Source of the DNA: Thermoplasmata archaeon
Lineage (GTDB): Archaea > Thermoplasmatota > Thermoplasmata > UBA10834
Assembly: GCA_029864565.1 (NCBI GenBank)
Contig: JAOTTD010000002.1
Span: 11,885 to 75,884, forward strand
Length of the DNA: 64,000 bases
Reading direction: 5' to 3'
Position numbers and translations under genes: made by a program. The notes beneath the pieces are model-generated. The model was not told where the DNA came from and did no database searches. It was given only the letters and a program-made list of their open reading frames with translations. Positions 1 through 8,556 of the stretch are shown one piece after another; position 1 is the first letter of the stretch, and each line of letters begins with the position of its first letter.

Positions 1-2
1 CT

Positions 3-728
3 GACGTCGTCTTCGTCACGTGCGGCCTCGGCGGAGGCACTGGCACAGGTGCGGCGCCGTTCGTTGCCAAGATTGCGAAGGAGCTCGGTGCGCTGACGAT
101 CGCCATATGCACATACCCGTTCAAGGCGGAAGGCGTCATCAGGGCGGAGAACGCTGACTGGGGACTTGACAGGCTCAGAGGAGTGGCGGATACCGTTATC
201 GTCATACCCAACGACAAGCTCATAGATCTCGTTCCCAAGCTCTCGCTAAACGCCGCCTTCAAAGTCGCTGACGAGGTGCTGATGAGGGCGATCAAGGGAA
301 TAACCGAGATAGTCACCAAGCCCGGTCTGGTCAACCTCGACTTCAACGACATCAAGACCGTCATGAAGTCCGGCGGGGTCGCGATGATCGGCCTGGGAGA
401 GTCTGACGACGACGACAGGGCCGTCATAGCAGTTACCGAGGCGATAAACTCGCCGCTAATCGAACTTGACATAAGCGAGGCGACAGCGGCACTGGTCAAC
501 GTCACCGGCGGGCCCGACATGAGTGTCAAGGAGGCAGAGGAAGTCGCCGAGATAATTCAGTCGAAGATCAACGACAACGCGAGAATCATCTGGGGCGCAG
601 CCGTGGACGAGACCCTGGCCGAGACGATCCGCGTGATGGTTGTCATCACTGGCGTCAAGTCCAAGCACATATTCGGCCCAACGAAGGACAAGAAGGGCCG
701 CGAGTTGGGACTAGACTTTATTAAGTAG
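3..728 (+). CDS. ftsZ: Cell division GTPase FtsZ, 5'-truncated by window edge
   Basis: The frame is open from nt 3 and reads [19 protein letters not shown], the tubulin/FtsZ GGGTGTG signature. This continues into the listed 183..728 ORF ([18 protein letters not shown]). Stop TAG at 726-728. Archaeal ftsZ-secE-spt5-L11 synteny. Confidence 0.95.
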   Translation, partial: DVVFVTCGLGGGTGTGAAPFVAKIAKELGALTIAICTYPFKAEGVIRAENADWGLDRLRGVADTVIVIPNDKLIDLVPKLSLNAAFKVADEVLMRAIKGITEIVTKPGLVNLDFNDIKTVMKSGGVAMIGLGESDDDDRAVIAVTEAINSPLIELDISEATAALVNVTGGPDMSVKEAEEVAEIIQSKINDNARIIWGAAVDETLAETIRVMVVITGVKSKHIFGPTKDKKGRELGLDFIK

Positions 729-752
729 TTGCTGTACTAGGAACGGACCGCG

Positions 753-992
753 ATGAGTGACATAGTTGAGAAATCCTGGCACCTCCAGAGAAGGATTGAG
801 GAGAAGACGAAACACATCGGCAAGGGAAAGTACGGCCGTGTGTTTAAGATGGCGCGCAAACCCTCTGGCGAGGAGTACATCCGCATAAGCCAGATAGTAG
901 CGATAGGTCTGATCCTGATTGGCGGGCTGGGCTTCCTGATATACTGGATATTCGAGTACGGATCCGATCTCGTCATGAAGGCTTTCGGATAG
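753..992 (+). CDS. secE: Preprotein translocase subunit SecE / Sec61-gamma
   Basis: 79 aa with a basic N-terminal part (KGKYGRVFKMARKPSGEEY) followed by a single C-terminal TM helix (IVAIGLILIGGLGFLIYWI). Conserved position between ftsZ and spt5. Confidence 0.85.
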   Translation: MSDIVEKSWHLQRRIEEKTKHIGKGKYGRVFKMARKPSGEEYIRISQIVAIGLILIGGLGFLIYWIFEYGSDLVMKAFG

Positions 993-1020
993 CAGAGGCT
1001 TAGGAGCATCATCAACTGCG

Positions 1021-1953
1021 TTGCGAGGGATTGTTTTGGATATCTTTGAGGATGTCGAGCATACGAAGAAGGATGTGGAGAAGAACGCTCCACCTGTCCA
1101 GCATTCAGCCAAGACACTGAAACTCATCGTTCAGGATGAGACCAAGAGGAGCATGGCCTCCGGCGATTCAACGGACTTCGACATGGCGCTGAAGGTGCCG
1201 GAAGACGGGCTGATGCACACCGTCGTCGTCAAGGTGGACACTGTATTCTCCGCGACTGAGGAAGGGTCTCCTGAATGGTTCGTGAAGCTCCATGACCCGC
1301 TCGGGGTCGTCTGGGAGAACACGCCCTCGGCGGAGCAGGAGGAGGAACGCGCGTTCGACATCATGCCCGGCCACGAGAAGACTTTCACACTCAGCATAAC
1401 ATCGCCCACAGGCGCGAGGTTCGGCGATAAGATAACCGTCCTCGTCAACGTGAGCCTGAAGGACGATCCGAGCGTCGCGGACGTTGCCACCCTTCTGGCT
1501 TCTGCTAGGCAGTCGATACTCGCCGTGAAGACGTCGATAGGCCATGAGAAGACCGTCGCGGACTCGCTGGCCAGCAGAGCAAAGGGCAAGCCGATAGGCG
1601 TCTTCGCGATACTGTCGCCCGCGACCATACGTGGATACGTCTTCGTCGAGGCGATGAACACGGACGCGTTGCGCGAAGTAGTCAAGGGTGTTCGCCGCAC
1701 CAGGGGGCTCGTCAAGGGAGAGACGAGCTTTGCGGAGATAGAGCACTTCCTCACGCCCAAGCCGATAGTGTCCGGCATAGTCGAAGGAGACATCGTCGAA
1801 CTGATAGCGGGACCATTCAAAGGAGAGAAGGCCCGGGTCCAGCAGATCGACGAATCCAAAGAGGAGATCACTGTCGAATTGTTCGAGGCAATGGTTCCCA
1901 TACCAGTCACGATACGAGGCGACCACGTCAGAGTGCTTGAGAAGGAGAAGTGA
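1021..1953 (+). CDS. spt5: Transcription elongation factor Spt5/NusG (NGN+KOW) with unusual N-terminal extension
   Basis: The C-terminal ~145 aa (from ILAVKTSIGHEKTVA at nt ~1516) has an NGN domain and a KOW motif (GDIVELIAGPFKGEKARV). The upstream 165 aa are in frame with no stop. Start is uncertain: TTG 1021, or first ATG at 1153. Confidence 0.85.
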   Translation: MRGIVLDIFEDVEHTKKDVEKNAPPVQHSAKTLKLIVQDETKRSMASGDSTDFDMALKVPEDGLMHTVVVKVDTVFSATEEGSPEWFVKLHDPLGVVWENTPSAEQEEERAFDIMPGHEKTFTLSITSPTGARFGDKITVLVNVSLKDDPSVADVATLLASARQSILAVKTSIGHEKTVADSLASRAKGKPIGVFAILSPATIRGYVFVEAMNTDALREVVKGVRRTRGLVKGETSFAEIEHFLTPKPIVSGIVEGDIVELIAGPFKGEKARVQQIDESKEEITVELFEAMVPIPVTIRGDHVRVLEKEK

Positions 1954-1958
1954 GTCAG

Positions 1959-2432
1959 ATGCCAGAGAAACTCGAGGTTCTTGTTGACGGGGGCAAGGCA
2001 ACGCCAGGCCCGCCGCTCGGTCCGGCGCTCGGTCCGCTCGGAGTCAATGTCATACAGGTAGTGAGCGCGATAAACGAGAAGACCAAGGCGTTCATTGGGA
2101 TGAAGGTCCCTGTCACGCTCACAGTAGACTCAAAGACGAAGGCGTTCGACATCAAGGTGGGCACCCCACCGACGACCGCACTCATCTTGAAAGAGATCGG
2201 GCTGGAGAAGGGCAGCGGCAAGCCAAATTCGGATTTCGTTGGCAATCTGACGGTCCAGCAGGCCACTAGGATCGGAGAGATGAAGAAGGACTCGATGCTC
2301 GCCAAAGACAAGAGGGGGCGCTTTAGGGAAGTCGTTGGCACCTGCGTCTCCATGGGCGTTACCGTCGACGGCAAGGACCCGCGAAAGGTTATCGCCGAAA
2401 TAGACGAAGGCGGGTACCAGGGCCTGTTCTGA
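1959..2432 (+). CDS. rpl11: 50S ribosomal protein L11 (uL11)
   Basis: MPEKLEVLVDGGKATPGPPLGPALGPLGVNV is the canonical L11 N-terminus. ATG 1959 is preferred over the GTG 1950 that overlaps the spt5 stop. A ggagaag purine run lies upstream. Confidence 0.95.
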   Translation: MPEKLEVLVDGGKATPGPPLGPALGPLGVNVIQVVSAINEKTKAFIGMKVPVTLTVDSKTKAFDIKVGTPPTTALILKEIGLEKGSGKPNSDFVGNLTVQQATRIGEMKKDSMLAKDKRGRFREVVGTCVSMGVTVDGKDPRKVIAEIDEGGYQGLF

Positions 2433-2463
2433 ACCGCCGATTCACCCGAACAGCGGTAGCATT

Positions 2464-3882
2464 CTATTGCACATCAGCAGTAGGCTTCATTCTGTCCATC
2501 TTGAGACGCACGGCCTCGCAGGCGATTGTTATGACATCCATCGTCGGGGCTGCAGGCGGACAATACGCGGTCTCCAGCTTGGCGAAGTCGCGGGCGGTCA
2601 TCCCCGCCTGCATGGCGACGGCGAATGCGTTGACTCTCATATGCACTCTCGATTCGCCCACGATTTGAGCGCCGAGTATTCGTCCGTCCTTGGGGTGCGC
2701 CAGCACCTTGACGTAGATCTCCTTCCTGCCGGGGAAGTAGTCAGGAAGCGTGAATCCTCTGACCTTGCCGATGATTGGCTTGATGCCTGCAGCCTCAAGC
2801 TGTGAGCTCGTGGGTCCGACGGCAGCCACCTGGCAACCGAACGGTTCGGTTGCCCTCGTCTGCAGGAATCCTTTGGGCAGCCGCTCGTCGCCGCCCGCGG
2901 CGTTCGCGCCCGCGACCATGGCCATTTTGACAGCTATTGTGCCGAGCCCGCTCACTGTCGGCTTGCCGGTGACGAACTCAGGATATTCAGTGCAATCGCC
3001 CACGGCGTACACATCGTTGATACGGGTCTCACACCTGTCGTTTACAACGATCTGCTTGGTCGGGCCCATCTCGCAGCCAATCTCCTTGGCCAGCCGAGTC
3101 TCCCCTCTCTGGCCTGTCGCGAAGACGATCACATCGGCGTAGAACGTGCGCTCCTCGCCGGTCTTGCGGTCGTTCGCGACTACGCAGTTGGCCCGCTCCT
3201 CGCCGAGTACCTCGGTTGCTTCGTATTCGGTAAACATGTTGACGCCGTCGCGAGCGATAGCATTGGCCATTATCTGAGCCAGGTCATCATCGACCATGGC
3301 GAGTATGCAATTGTCAAGATACTCGATGATTGTGACCTTGCATCCCCGTATCATCAGCGCCTCGGCGACCTCGAGGCCGACCAGCCCGGCTCCGATCACG
3401 ACCGCGCGCTTCCCCTTCGATGCAAGCGACTGAATGCCCCTAGCGTCCTCAATGGTTCTCAGGACAAAGACCCCGGGCTTGAGGCCGCTCTGTCCTTCGC
3501 CCTCCACGAGCGCGCCCTTGACTGGAGGCACGGACGCACTTGCCCCGGTTGCCAACACGAGGGAATCGTACGGCATCTCGGCCTTTCCCCCTTCTGCGTT
3601 GAGGACATGCGCAATCTTGCCAGCAGAATCGATCCCCGTGACGCTTGCACCCAATAGGATGCCTATCCGACTCTTCTTCAACCGCTCCTCAGGCGCCTCA
3701 ATCAGGTTGGTCAGTTCGGGTATCACGCCGGATATACCATACGGAAGTCCACAGCGGGAGTACTGGGGATACGTCTCGCGTTCGATGATCGTTATCTCCG
3801 CGTTCCTGTCGGTCTTCCTGGCAAACTGGGCAGCAGTTCCTCCGCCGCAACCACCGCCCACTATGACGATCTTCCTCGCCAA
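2464..3882 (-). CDS. FAD-dependent pyridine nucleotide-disulfide oxidoreductase (NADH oxidase / CoA-disulfide reductase family)
   Basis: Two Rossmann dinucleotide motifs (IVIVGGGCGGGTAA and AVVIGAGLVGLEVAE). A single redox Cys in YSRCGLPY is typical of the Nox/CoADR subgroup. GDC near the C-terminal third. Confidence 0.85.
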   Translation of the reverse strand: MARKIVIVGGGCGGGTAAQFARKTDRNAEITIIERETYPQYSRCGLPYGISGVIPELTNLIEAPEERLKKSRIGILLGASVTGIDSAGKIAHVLNAEGGKAEMPYDSLVLATGASASVPPVKGALVEGEGQSGLKPGVFVLRTIEDARGIQSLASKGKRAVVIGAGLVGLEVAEALMIRGCKVTIIEYLDNCILAMVDDDLAQIMANAIARDGVNMFTEYEATEVLGEERANCVVANDRKTGEERTFYADVIVFATGQRGETRLAKEIGCEMGPTKQIVVNDRCETRINDVYAVGDCTEYPEFVTGKPTVSGLGTIAVKMAMVAGANAAGGDERLPKGFLQTRATEPFGCQVAAVGPTSSQLEAAGIKPIIGKVRGFTLPDYFPGRKEIYVKVLAHPKDGRILGAQIVGESRVHMRVNAFAVAMQAGMTARDFAKLETAYCPPAAPTMDVITIACEAVRLKMDRMKPTADVQ

Positions 3883-4008
3883 GCGTGCTTCCCCCTTTTA
3901 GCGAAAGGGATAGCGATTGAAAGGGTTAAATCATTCCCGACCCTTCTCCGGCAAACGCCGCGGATGGAGCCGGAGGAGTTCGTACCAGCGCTGGCCTCAT
4001 CCAAAAGC

Positions 4009-4016
4009 CTTATAAA
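4009..4016 (+). promoter_or_regulatory. TATA-like box upstream of the L1-P0-P1 operon
   Basis: cttataaa preceded by a purine-rich aaaag (BRE-like), 46-86 nt upstream of the candidate rpl1 starts. An own promoter is needed because rpl1 is separated from rpl11 by an opposite-strand gene. Confidence 0.35.
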
Positions 4017-4061
4017 CCATATTCGCATTCGCTCACTTCCCCAGGAATGTAGGAGAGCCCG

Positions 4062-4733
4062 GTGCTCGCATGCACTACATCGGAGGGATACACCGTGACG
4101 GATCAACGCCTCGTTGAGATAATCAAGAAACTTCAAGCCGAATCGAAGAAACGCAATTTTGTAGAGACGGTAGAGCTCGCGATAAACCTGAAGGATATCG
4201 ATCTGTCCAATCCTAAGAACCGTATTCAGGAGGAGATAATCCTCCCTCACGGTCGTGGCAAGACTATCAAGGTGGGCGTCTTCGGAGGCTCCGAGATGGC
4301 GGTCAAGGCCAAGGGTATGGCGGATGTCATCGTACAGCCAGAGGAGATAGAGGACCTCGCCACCGACCGAGCGAAGGCGCGCAAGTTCGCGCGCTCGAGC
4401 GACTACTTTGTGGCTGAGGCGCCACTCATGCCGACCATCGGCAAACGCCTCGGCATAATACTCGCCCCGAGAGGCAAGATGCCGAAGCCGATCCCCCCAG
4501 GTTCCGACCCTGGGGCGACCATCGAGAAGCTCAAGTCGAGCGTGACCGTCAGGACCAGGGACAAGTTGACATTCCATCTGCCGGTCGGGGCCAAGGACAT
4601 GCCGCCGGAGCATCTGGCAGAGAACATAGATGTCGTCCTCGGACGAATCACAACCAAACTCGAGAGGGGCAGGCAGAACATCAGGTCGGCCTATGTCAAG
4701 ACCACCATGGGTCCATCATACAAGGTGATCTGA
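4062..4733 (+). CDS. rpl1: 50S ribosomal protein L1 (uL1)
   Basis: FVETVELAINLKDIDL, ILPHGRGK and VAEAPLMPTIGKRLGIILAPRGKMP are L1 hallmarks. The true start may be the in-frame GTG at 4095, preceded by ggaggg. Confidence 0.93.
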   Translation: MLACTTSEGYTVTDQRLVEIIKKLQAESKKRNFVETVELAINLKDIDLSNPKNRIQEEIILPHGRGKTIKVGVFGGSEMAVKAKGMADVIVQPEEIEDLATDRAKARKFARSSDYFVAEAPLMPTIGKRLGIILAPRGKMPKPIPPGSDPGATIEKLKSSVTVRTRDKLTFHLPVGAKDMPPEHLAENIDVVLGRITTKLERGRQNIRSAYVKTTMGPSYKVI

Positions 4734-4734
4734 G

Positions 4735-5748
4735 ATGAGCGCTCATATCGCACCCTGGAAGAAGGAGGCGGTCGCTAAGCTGGCGACGCACATCTCCGAC
4801 AGCAAGGTCGTCGGCATAATAAACATCAGGGGAGTCCCCGCACCGGCGTTTCAGACTATGCGGTCCAATCTGAGGGAGCATGTACAGATTACGATGCTCA
4901 AGAACTCGCTGATGAAGCTGGCGCTTCAGGAGGCGAGCAAGAAGCGTGGGGGCATAGATGACCTCGTGTCTTCCATCGATGACCAGTGCGCGATTGTCAC
5001 CTCGGACCTAAACCCGTTCAGGCTATGCAAGCAGCTCAACAGCACCAAGACCAAGATGCCTGCGAAGGGCGGGGAGACATCGCCGGAGGACATTGAGATC
5101 AAAGCGGGGGACACTCCGTTCAAACCCGGACCCGTAGTGGGCGAGCTGCAGAAGGCGGGCCTTCCGGCAGCCATCGAACAGGGGAAAGTGGTGATAAAGA
5201 AGGACAAGGTGCTCGTAAAGAAGGGTGGGGAGATTCCTCGCGAAGTGGCTCTGGTCCTATCCAAACTCGAGATATTCCCTATCACTGTCGGTCTCGACCT
5301 CCGCGCGGTGTTCGAGGACGGCACCGTTTATGCCAAGGATGTGCTAGAGGTGGACGACCTCGAATATCTTGCCAGAGTGCAGCTCGCGGCGACGAGCGCG
5401 CTCAACCTGTCAGTGTACGCAGGATACGCGACGGCAGTCTCCTTGAGGCCGCTGCTGGCAAAGGCGCACACCAGCGCGCTCAACCTCGCCGTGAACTCTA
5501 GCGTTGTCAACGCCGAGACGATCAAGCTCATGCTCGCAAAGGCGGGTTCCCAGATGCTGGCCGTGGCTTCGCGGGCGCCAGAGGCGCTCGATGAGGAGCT
5601 CAAGAAGGCCATGAGCGGCGCGCCTGAAACCCCGCCAAAGGACGACGACGAGGGCGACTCTGGGAAGAAGGACGATAAGGGCAAGAAGGACGAGGAGAAG
5701 GTCTCCGAGGAAGAGGCCGCGGCCGGCCTCGGAGCGCTATTCGGATAA
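4735..5748 (+). CDS. rpl10: 50S ribosomal stalk protein P0 (uL10)
   Basis: N-terminus [10 protein letters not shown]...[19 protein letters not shown]. Acidic/Lys-rich C-terminal tail ending [16 protein letters not shown] lies 1 nt after the rpl1 stop. Confidence 0.95.
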   Translation: MSAHIAPWKKEAVAKLATHISDSKVVGIINIRGVPAPAFQTMRSNLREHVQITMLKNSLMKLALQEASKKRGGIDDLVSSIDDQCAIVTSDLNPFRLCKQLNSTKTKMPAKGGETSPEDIEIKAGDTPFKPGPVVGELQKAGLPAAIEQGKVVIKKDKVLVKKGGEIPREVALVLSKLEIFPITVGLDLRAVFEDGTVYAKDVLEVDDLEYLARVQLAATSALNLSVYAGYATAVSLRPLLAKAHTSALNLAVNSSVVNAETIKLMLAKAGSQMLAVASRAPEALDEELKKAMSGAPETPPKDDDEGDSGKKDDKGKKDEEKVSEEEAAAGLGALFG

Positions 5749-5770
5749 TTTAGCTAAAGGAGGCAAAAGA

Positions 5771-6076
5771 ATGGAGTATGTGTACAGCGCAATGGTCCTG
5801 CATTCGGCCAAGAAGCCGGTGACAGAGGAGAACATAACGAACGTGTTGAAAGCTGCGGGCGTCGAAGTAGACGCGACCCGGGTCAAGGCCCTAACGGCTG
5901 CCCTGGAAGGCGTCAACATCGACGAGGCGATCGCCACAGCCGTGGCAGCGCCAGCAGCGGCACAGGCACCCGCTGCGGGACCCGACGCAAAGAAGGAAGA
6001 GAAGAAAGAGGAGAAGAAGGAGGAGAAGGTTTCCGAAGAAGAGGCTGCGGCTGGTCTCAGCGCTCTGTTCGGATGA
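5771..6076 (+). CDS. rpl12: 50S ribosomal stalk protein P1 (aL12)
   Basis: [22 protein letters not shown]..., an Ala/Pro hinge, a [13 protein letters not shown] run, and the [13 protein letters not shown] tail. aaggagg lies 7 nt upstream. Confidence 0.93.
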   Translation: MEYVYSAMVLHSAKKPVTEENITNVLKAAGVEVDATRVKALTAALEGVNIDEAIATAVAAPAAAQAPAAGPDAKKEEKKEEKKEEKVSEEEAAAGLSALFG

Positions 6077-6088
6077 TCGTGAGCCTCC

Positions 6089-6120
6089 GATCTCCCCAGA
6101 GATCTTAAAACCCTTCTTTA
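6089..6120 (+). terminator. Hairpin plus T-rich tract after rpl12
   Basis: gatctc-ccca-gagatc (6-bp stem, 6089-6104) followed by ttaaaacccttcttta. Archaeal termination commonly uses oligo-T tracts. Confidence 0.3.
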
Positions 6121-6190
6121 CCGCCGGGATCCGGCACCGGGCTATGACCGCAGCTCAAGCGCCTGCTCAGCGGAGCTTATACCAGTCCGT

Positions 6191-6487
6191 TCAATTCTGT
6201 TCTAGCATCTGGTTGACTTCTCTCTCGAACATCGTCACGAGCTCTTGGCCCATCTCCTTCCTCAGGTCTGGAGGCACCATGGATAGGCCCAGCTTCGCAC
6301 CGCCTTTCGCGAGCTTCAAAACGGCGATTGCTTCGTGAATCTTGGCGTCCATAAGCATCCTGACGGCATCCGTCAGCTCCTTCCTGAGCGCTGGGTCAGC
6401 GTCGATTTTCTGCCGTATGTGCTTCTTTATCTCGTCCCGGACGAGGTCCTGCACTGCGTCGACGAACAGAGTCTCGGAACTCAGCAT
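6191..6487 (-). CDS. Hypothetical small helical protein
   Basis: 98-aa ORF in an otherwise empty gap, with balanced, protein-like, helix-forming composition (DLVRDEIKKHIRQKIDADPALRKELTDAVRMLMDAK). No family recognised. Confidence 0.5.
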   Translation of the reverse strand: MLSSETLFVDAVQDLVRDEIKKHIRQKIDADPALRKELTDAVRMLMDAKIHEAIAVLKLAKGGAKLGLSMVPPDLRKEMGQELVTMFEREVNQMLEQN

Positions 6488-6611
6488 GCTCTTCGTGCCC
6501 TTGACTAGCGAGTTGATGAGGTCGTCTTCGGAAGGCGTCCTACCACCGCCCCTTCGACCGCTCTATTAGGATAAATCGTTTGCCCCCTGACAGCGACGCC
6601 GCCGTCCCCGC

Positions 6612-6625
6612 AAATCGTTTAAAAT
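6612..6625 (+). promoter_or_regulatory. BRE/TATA-like promoter of orc1/cdc6
   Basis: aaatcgtttaaaat lies ~45 nt upstream of ATG 6666. It shares the core cgtttaaa with the element upstream of tRNA-Gly (18811-18821). Confidence 0.4.
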
Positions 6626-6665
6626 ACGGAGAAGTCAATAGCGAGAGCTGGCCAGGCTGAGTCAG

Positions 6666-7835
6666 ATGTGGGACGCTATAGGCAAGAGTGTGTTCAAGGA
6701 TCAGAGGACCCTCTCGTTCGACTACGTCCCCGCGAAGCTGATGCACAGGGAGGCGCAGATGAAGAAGCTCATCATGCTATTCCGGCCGGTCCTCGACTCC
6801 AACTTCTCCCAGAACGCCGTGCTGATTGGCAGCGTCGGCACGGGGAAGACCGCGACATCGAAGCGCTTCTGCATTGACCTCAAGGAGTACGGGGAGAAGC
6901 ATCAGAAAGCCATCGACTGGACGATCGTGAACTGCAGGCAGAGAAACAGCGAGTCTAGCGTCATACTCCAGATAGTGAACCACTTCCAGCCGAACTTCCC
7001 CGACAGAGGATTCTCCATCGCGGAGATGCTACGCATACTGAGGAAGGATCTCGAGAAGCGCAAGGTTCATCTCGTTATAGTCCTCGATGAGGCCGACGTG
7101 CTGCTCAAGAAGGCCGGGTCAGACATTATATACAAACTGACGCGGTTCGGCGAGGAAAAGGTCGAGGGAAGGGAGTTCATATCGCTGATACTGATCTCCC
7201 AGAAGAACGTCCTGGACCTCTTGGACGCTGCCTCAGTAAGCACATTCAAGCGAACGAACGCAATCGAGTTCGGGAAGTACAACTGCGAAGAGCTGAAGGA
7301 TATCGTCACCCAGAGGGCTGGGCTGGCGTTCCACGAGGGCGCCGTCAGCGACGACACCGCGGACATCGTCGCGGAGGTCGCCTCCGAATGGGGCGACGCG
7401 AGGTTCGCCATAGAGATTCTCGAAAAGGCGGGAATGCTGGCGGACGAGGAAGGGGCGGAAGAAGTGTCCGTGGAGCATGTAAGGGGAGCCAAGGCGGAGG
7501 CGTACAGTTCGATTACCGAGTCGAAATTGGCGCCCCTTGACAAGCATCAGAAGCTAACTCTGCTGGCGATTGCTCGTAGCTCGAAAGGCAAGGCATTCGT
7601 TACCACGAAGGACGTCGAGTCGGCCTACAAGGTCGCATGCGAAGAGTGGAATGAGAAGGCGAGGGCCCATACTGCATTCTGGGGTCTCATGAAGGACCTC
7701 GATACGCTGGGCATTGTAAGCGCTAAGAAGAGCGGCCCCGGGATATCTGGGAAGACAACAGTAATCAAGTTACTCGACATCCCGGCGAAAGTGCTTGAGC
7801 AAAAAGTGACTCAGATGATGAGTGACGAAGAATGA
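6666..7835 (+). CDS. cdc6: Orc1/Cdc6 replication initiator AAA+ protein
   Basis: DYVPAKLMHREAQMKKL, Walker A GSVGTGKT, Walker B LVIVLDEAD, and a C-terminal winged-helix region (KHQKLTLLAIAR). Confidence 0.93.
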   Translation: MWDAIGKSVFKDQRTLSFDYVPAKLMHREAQMKKLIMLFRPVLDSNFSQNAVLIGSVGTGKTATSKRFCIDLKEYGEKHQKAIDWTIVNCRQRNSESSVILQIVNHFQPNFPDRGFSIAEMLRILRKDLEKRKVHLVIVLDEADVLLKKAGSDIIYKLTRFGEEKVEGREFISLILISQKNVLDLLDAASVSTFKRTNAIEFGKYNCEELKDIVTQRAGLAFHEGAVSDDTADIVAEVASEWGDARFAIEILEKAGMLADEEGAEEVSVEHVRGAKAEAYSSITESKLAPLDKHQKLTLLAIARSSKGKAFVTTKDVESAYKVACEEWNEKARAHTAFWGLMKDLDTLGIVSAKKSGPGISGKTTVIKLLDIPAKVLEQKVTQMMSDEE

Positions 7836-7872
7836 GCGGTCCGTCTCTGGGAATGCTGACACGTAACGGACA

Positions 7873-7883
7873 CTTTTATATAG
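7873..7883 (+). promoter_or_regulatory. TATA-like box upstream of the DUF835 gene
   Basis: cttttatatag lies ~35 nt upstream of ATG 7914. ggcggagg sits immediately before the start. Confidence 0.35.
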
Positions 7884-7913
7884 ACCTGCCTCAGTCGGGA
7901 TGATTGGCGGAGG

Positions 7914-8468
7914 ATGGAGTGGTTGAACGAGAACAGGACCGCCCTTGAACTAATAGAATTGGAGCAAGGCTTGTGTTACATTGTCAGGGAGCGCAAGCCC
8001 TTCTTGGCCTTCGCCCTCTTCGAGCACGAGATGGCTGATGGACTTCAGGGGTTGTGCGTCACGCGGCAGTTCCCAGACAAGCTCCGGAATGCATTCACCA
8101 TGGGTGACGCGCGCGTGATTTGGCTCAGCCACACTCCCGGGACGGATCATCACAATCCGACAAGCATCGGCACTTTGGCGACGATAATATCCTCTTTCAT
8201 CGAGCGATACGAGAGTTGCGTAGTCATAATCGACGGGTTGGAGTACCTGGTTATCAACAACGGCTTCCAGCAGGTCCTCAGATTCTTGGAGCACGTGAAC
8301 GAGCAGGTGATGCAGAGCAAGTCGACCGTTCTGATCCCAATCAGCCCGAACGCGTTCAGCGAGAAGGAGCTCGCGCTGCTTGAGAGGAATGTAGAGGTCG
8401 TCGAGCAGCCCGCGATGAGCGTTGCTCTGGAGAAGGACCTCACGAGCCTCATAGACCAGTACAGATGA
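7914..8468 (+). CDS. DUF835 domain protein
   Basis: GLCVTRQFPDKL, VIWLSHTPG and IIDGLEYLVINNGFQQVLRFLEHV match the DUF835 pattern as I remember it. Family assignment is from memory, not a search. Confidence 0.65.
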   Translation: MEWLNENRTALELIELEQGLCYIVRERKPFLAFALFEHEMADGLQGLCVTRQFPDKLRNAFTMGDARVIWLSHTPGTDHHNPTSIGTLATIISSFIERYESCVVIIDGLEYLVINNGFQQVLRFLEHVNEQVMQSKSTVLIPISPNAFSEKELALLERNVEVVEQPAMSVALEKDLTSLIDQYR

Positions 8469-8556
8469 CCTTTCTAACTGGGACACACCGCCTGCTGCGA
8501 TTGACGGCGACGGCCGTGGCTGCCAAACATTTAGAACGGCCGACGTGATTCAGGCA

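Noticed and set aside
1168-2001. 277-aa and 259-aa minus-strand ORFs across spt5/rpl11
   Set aside because: They lie antisense to two strongly recognisable genes. Their Arg/Leu/His/Ser-rich, low-complexity composition is typical of shadow ORFs in GC-rich DNA.
3861-4613. 250-aa minus-strand ORF overlapping rpl1
   Set aside because: It is antisense to ribosomal protein L1, has no recognisable motifs, and has an Arg/Leu/His-rich shadow-frame composition.
5692-5748. Near-identical 57-nt segments at the 3' ends of rpl10 (5692-5748) and rpl12 (6020-6076)
   Set aside because: This is explained by known biology. P0 and P1 share the conserved C-terminal tail ([17 protein letters not shown]) that recruits translation GTPases. 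It is not a mobile or regulatory repeat.
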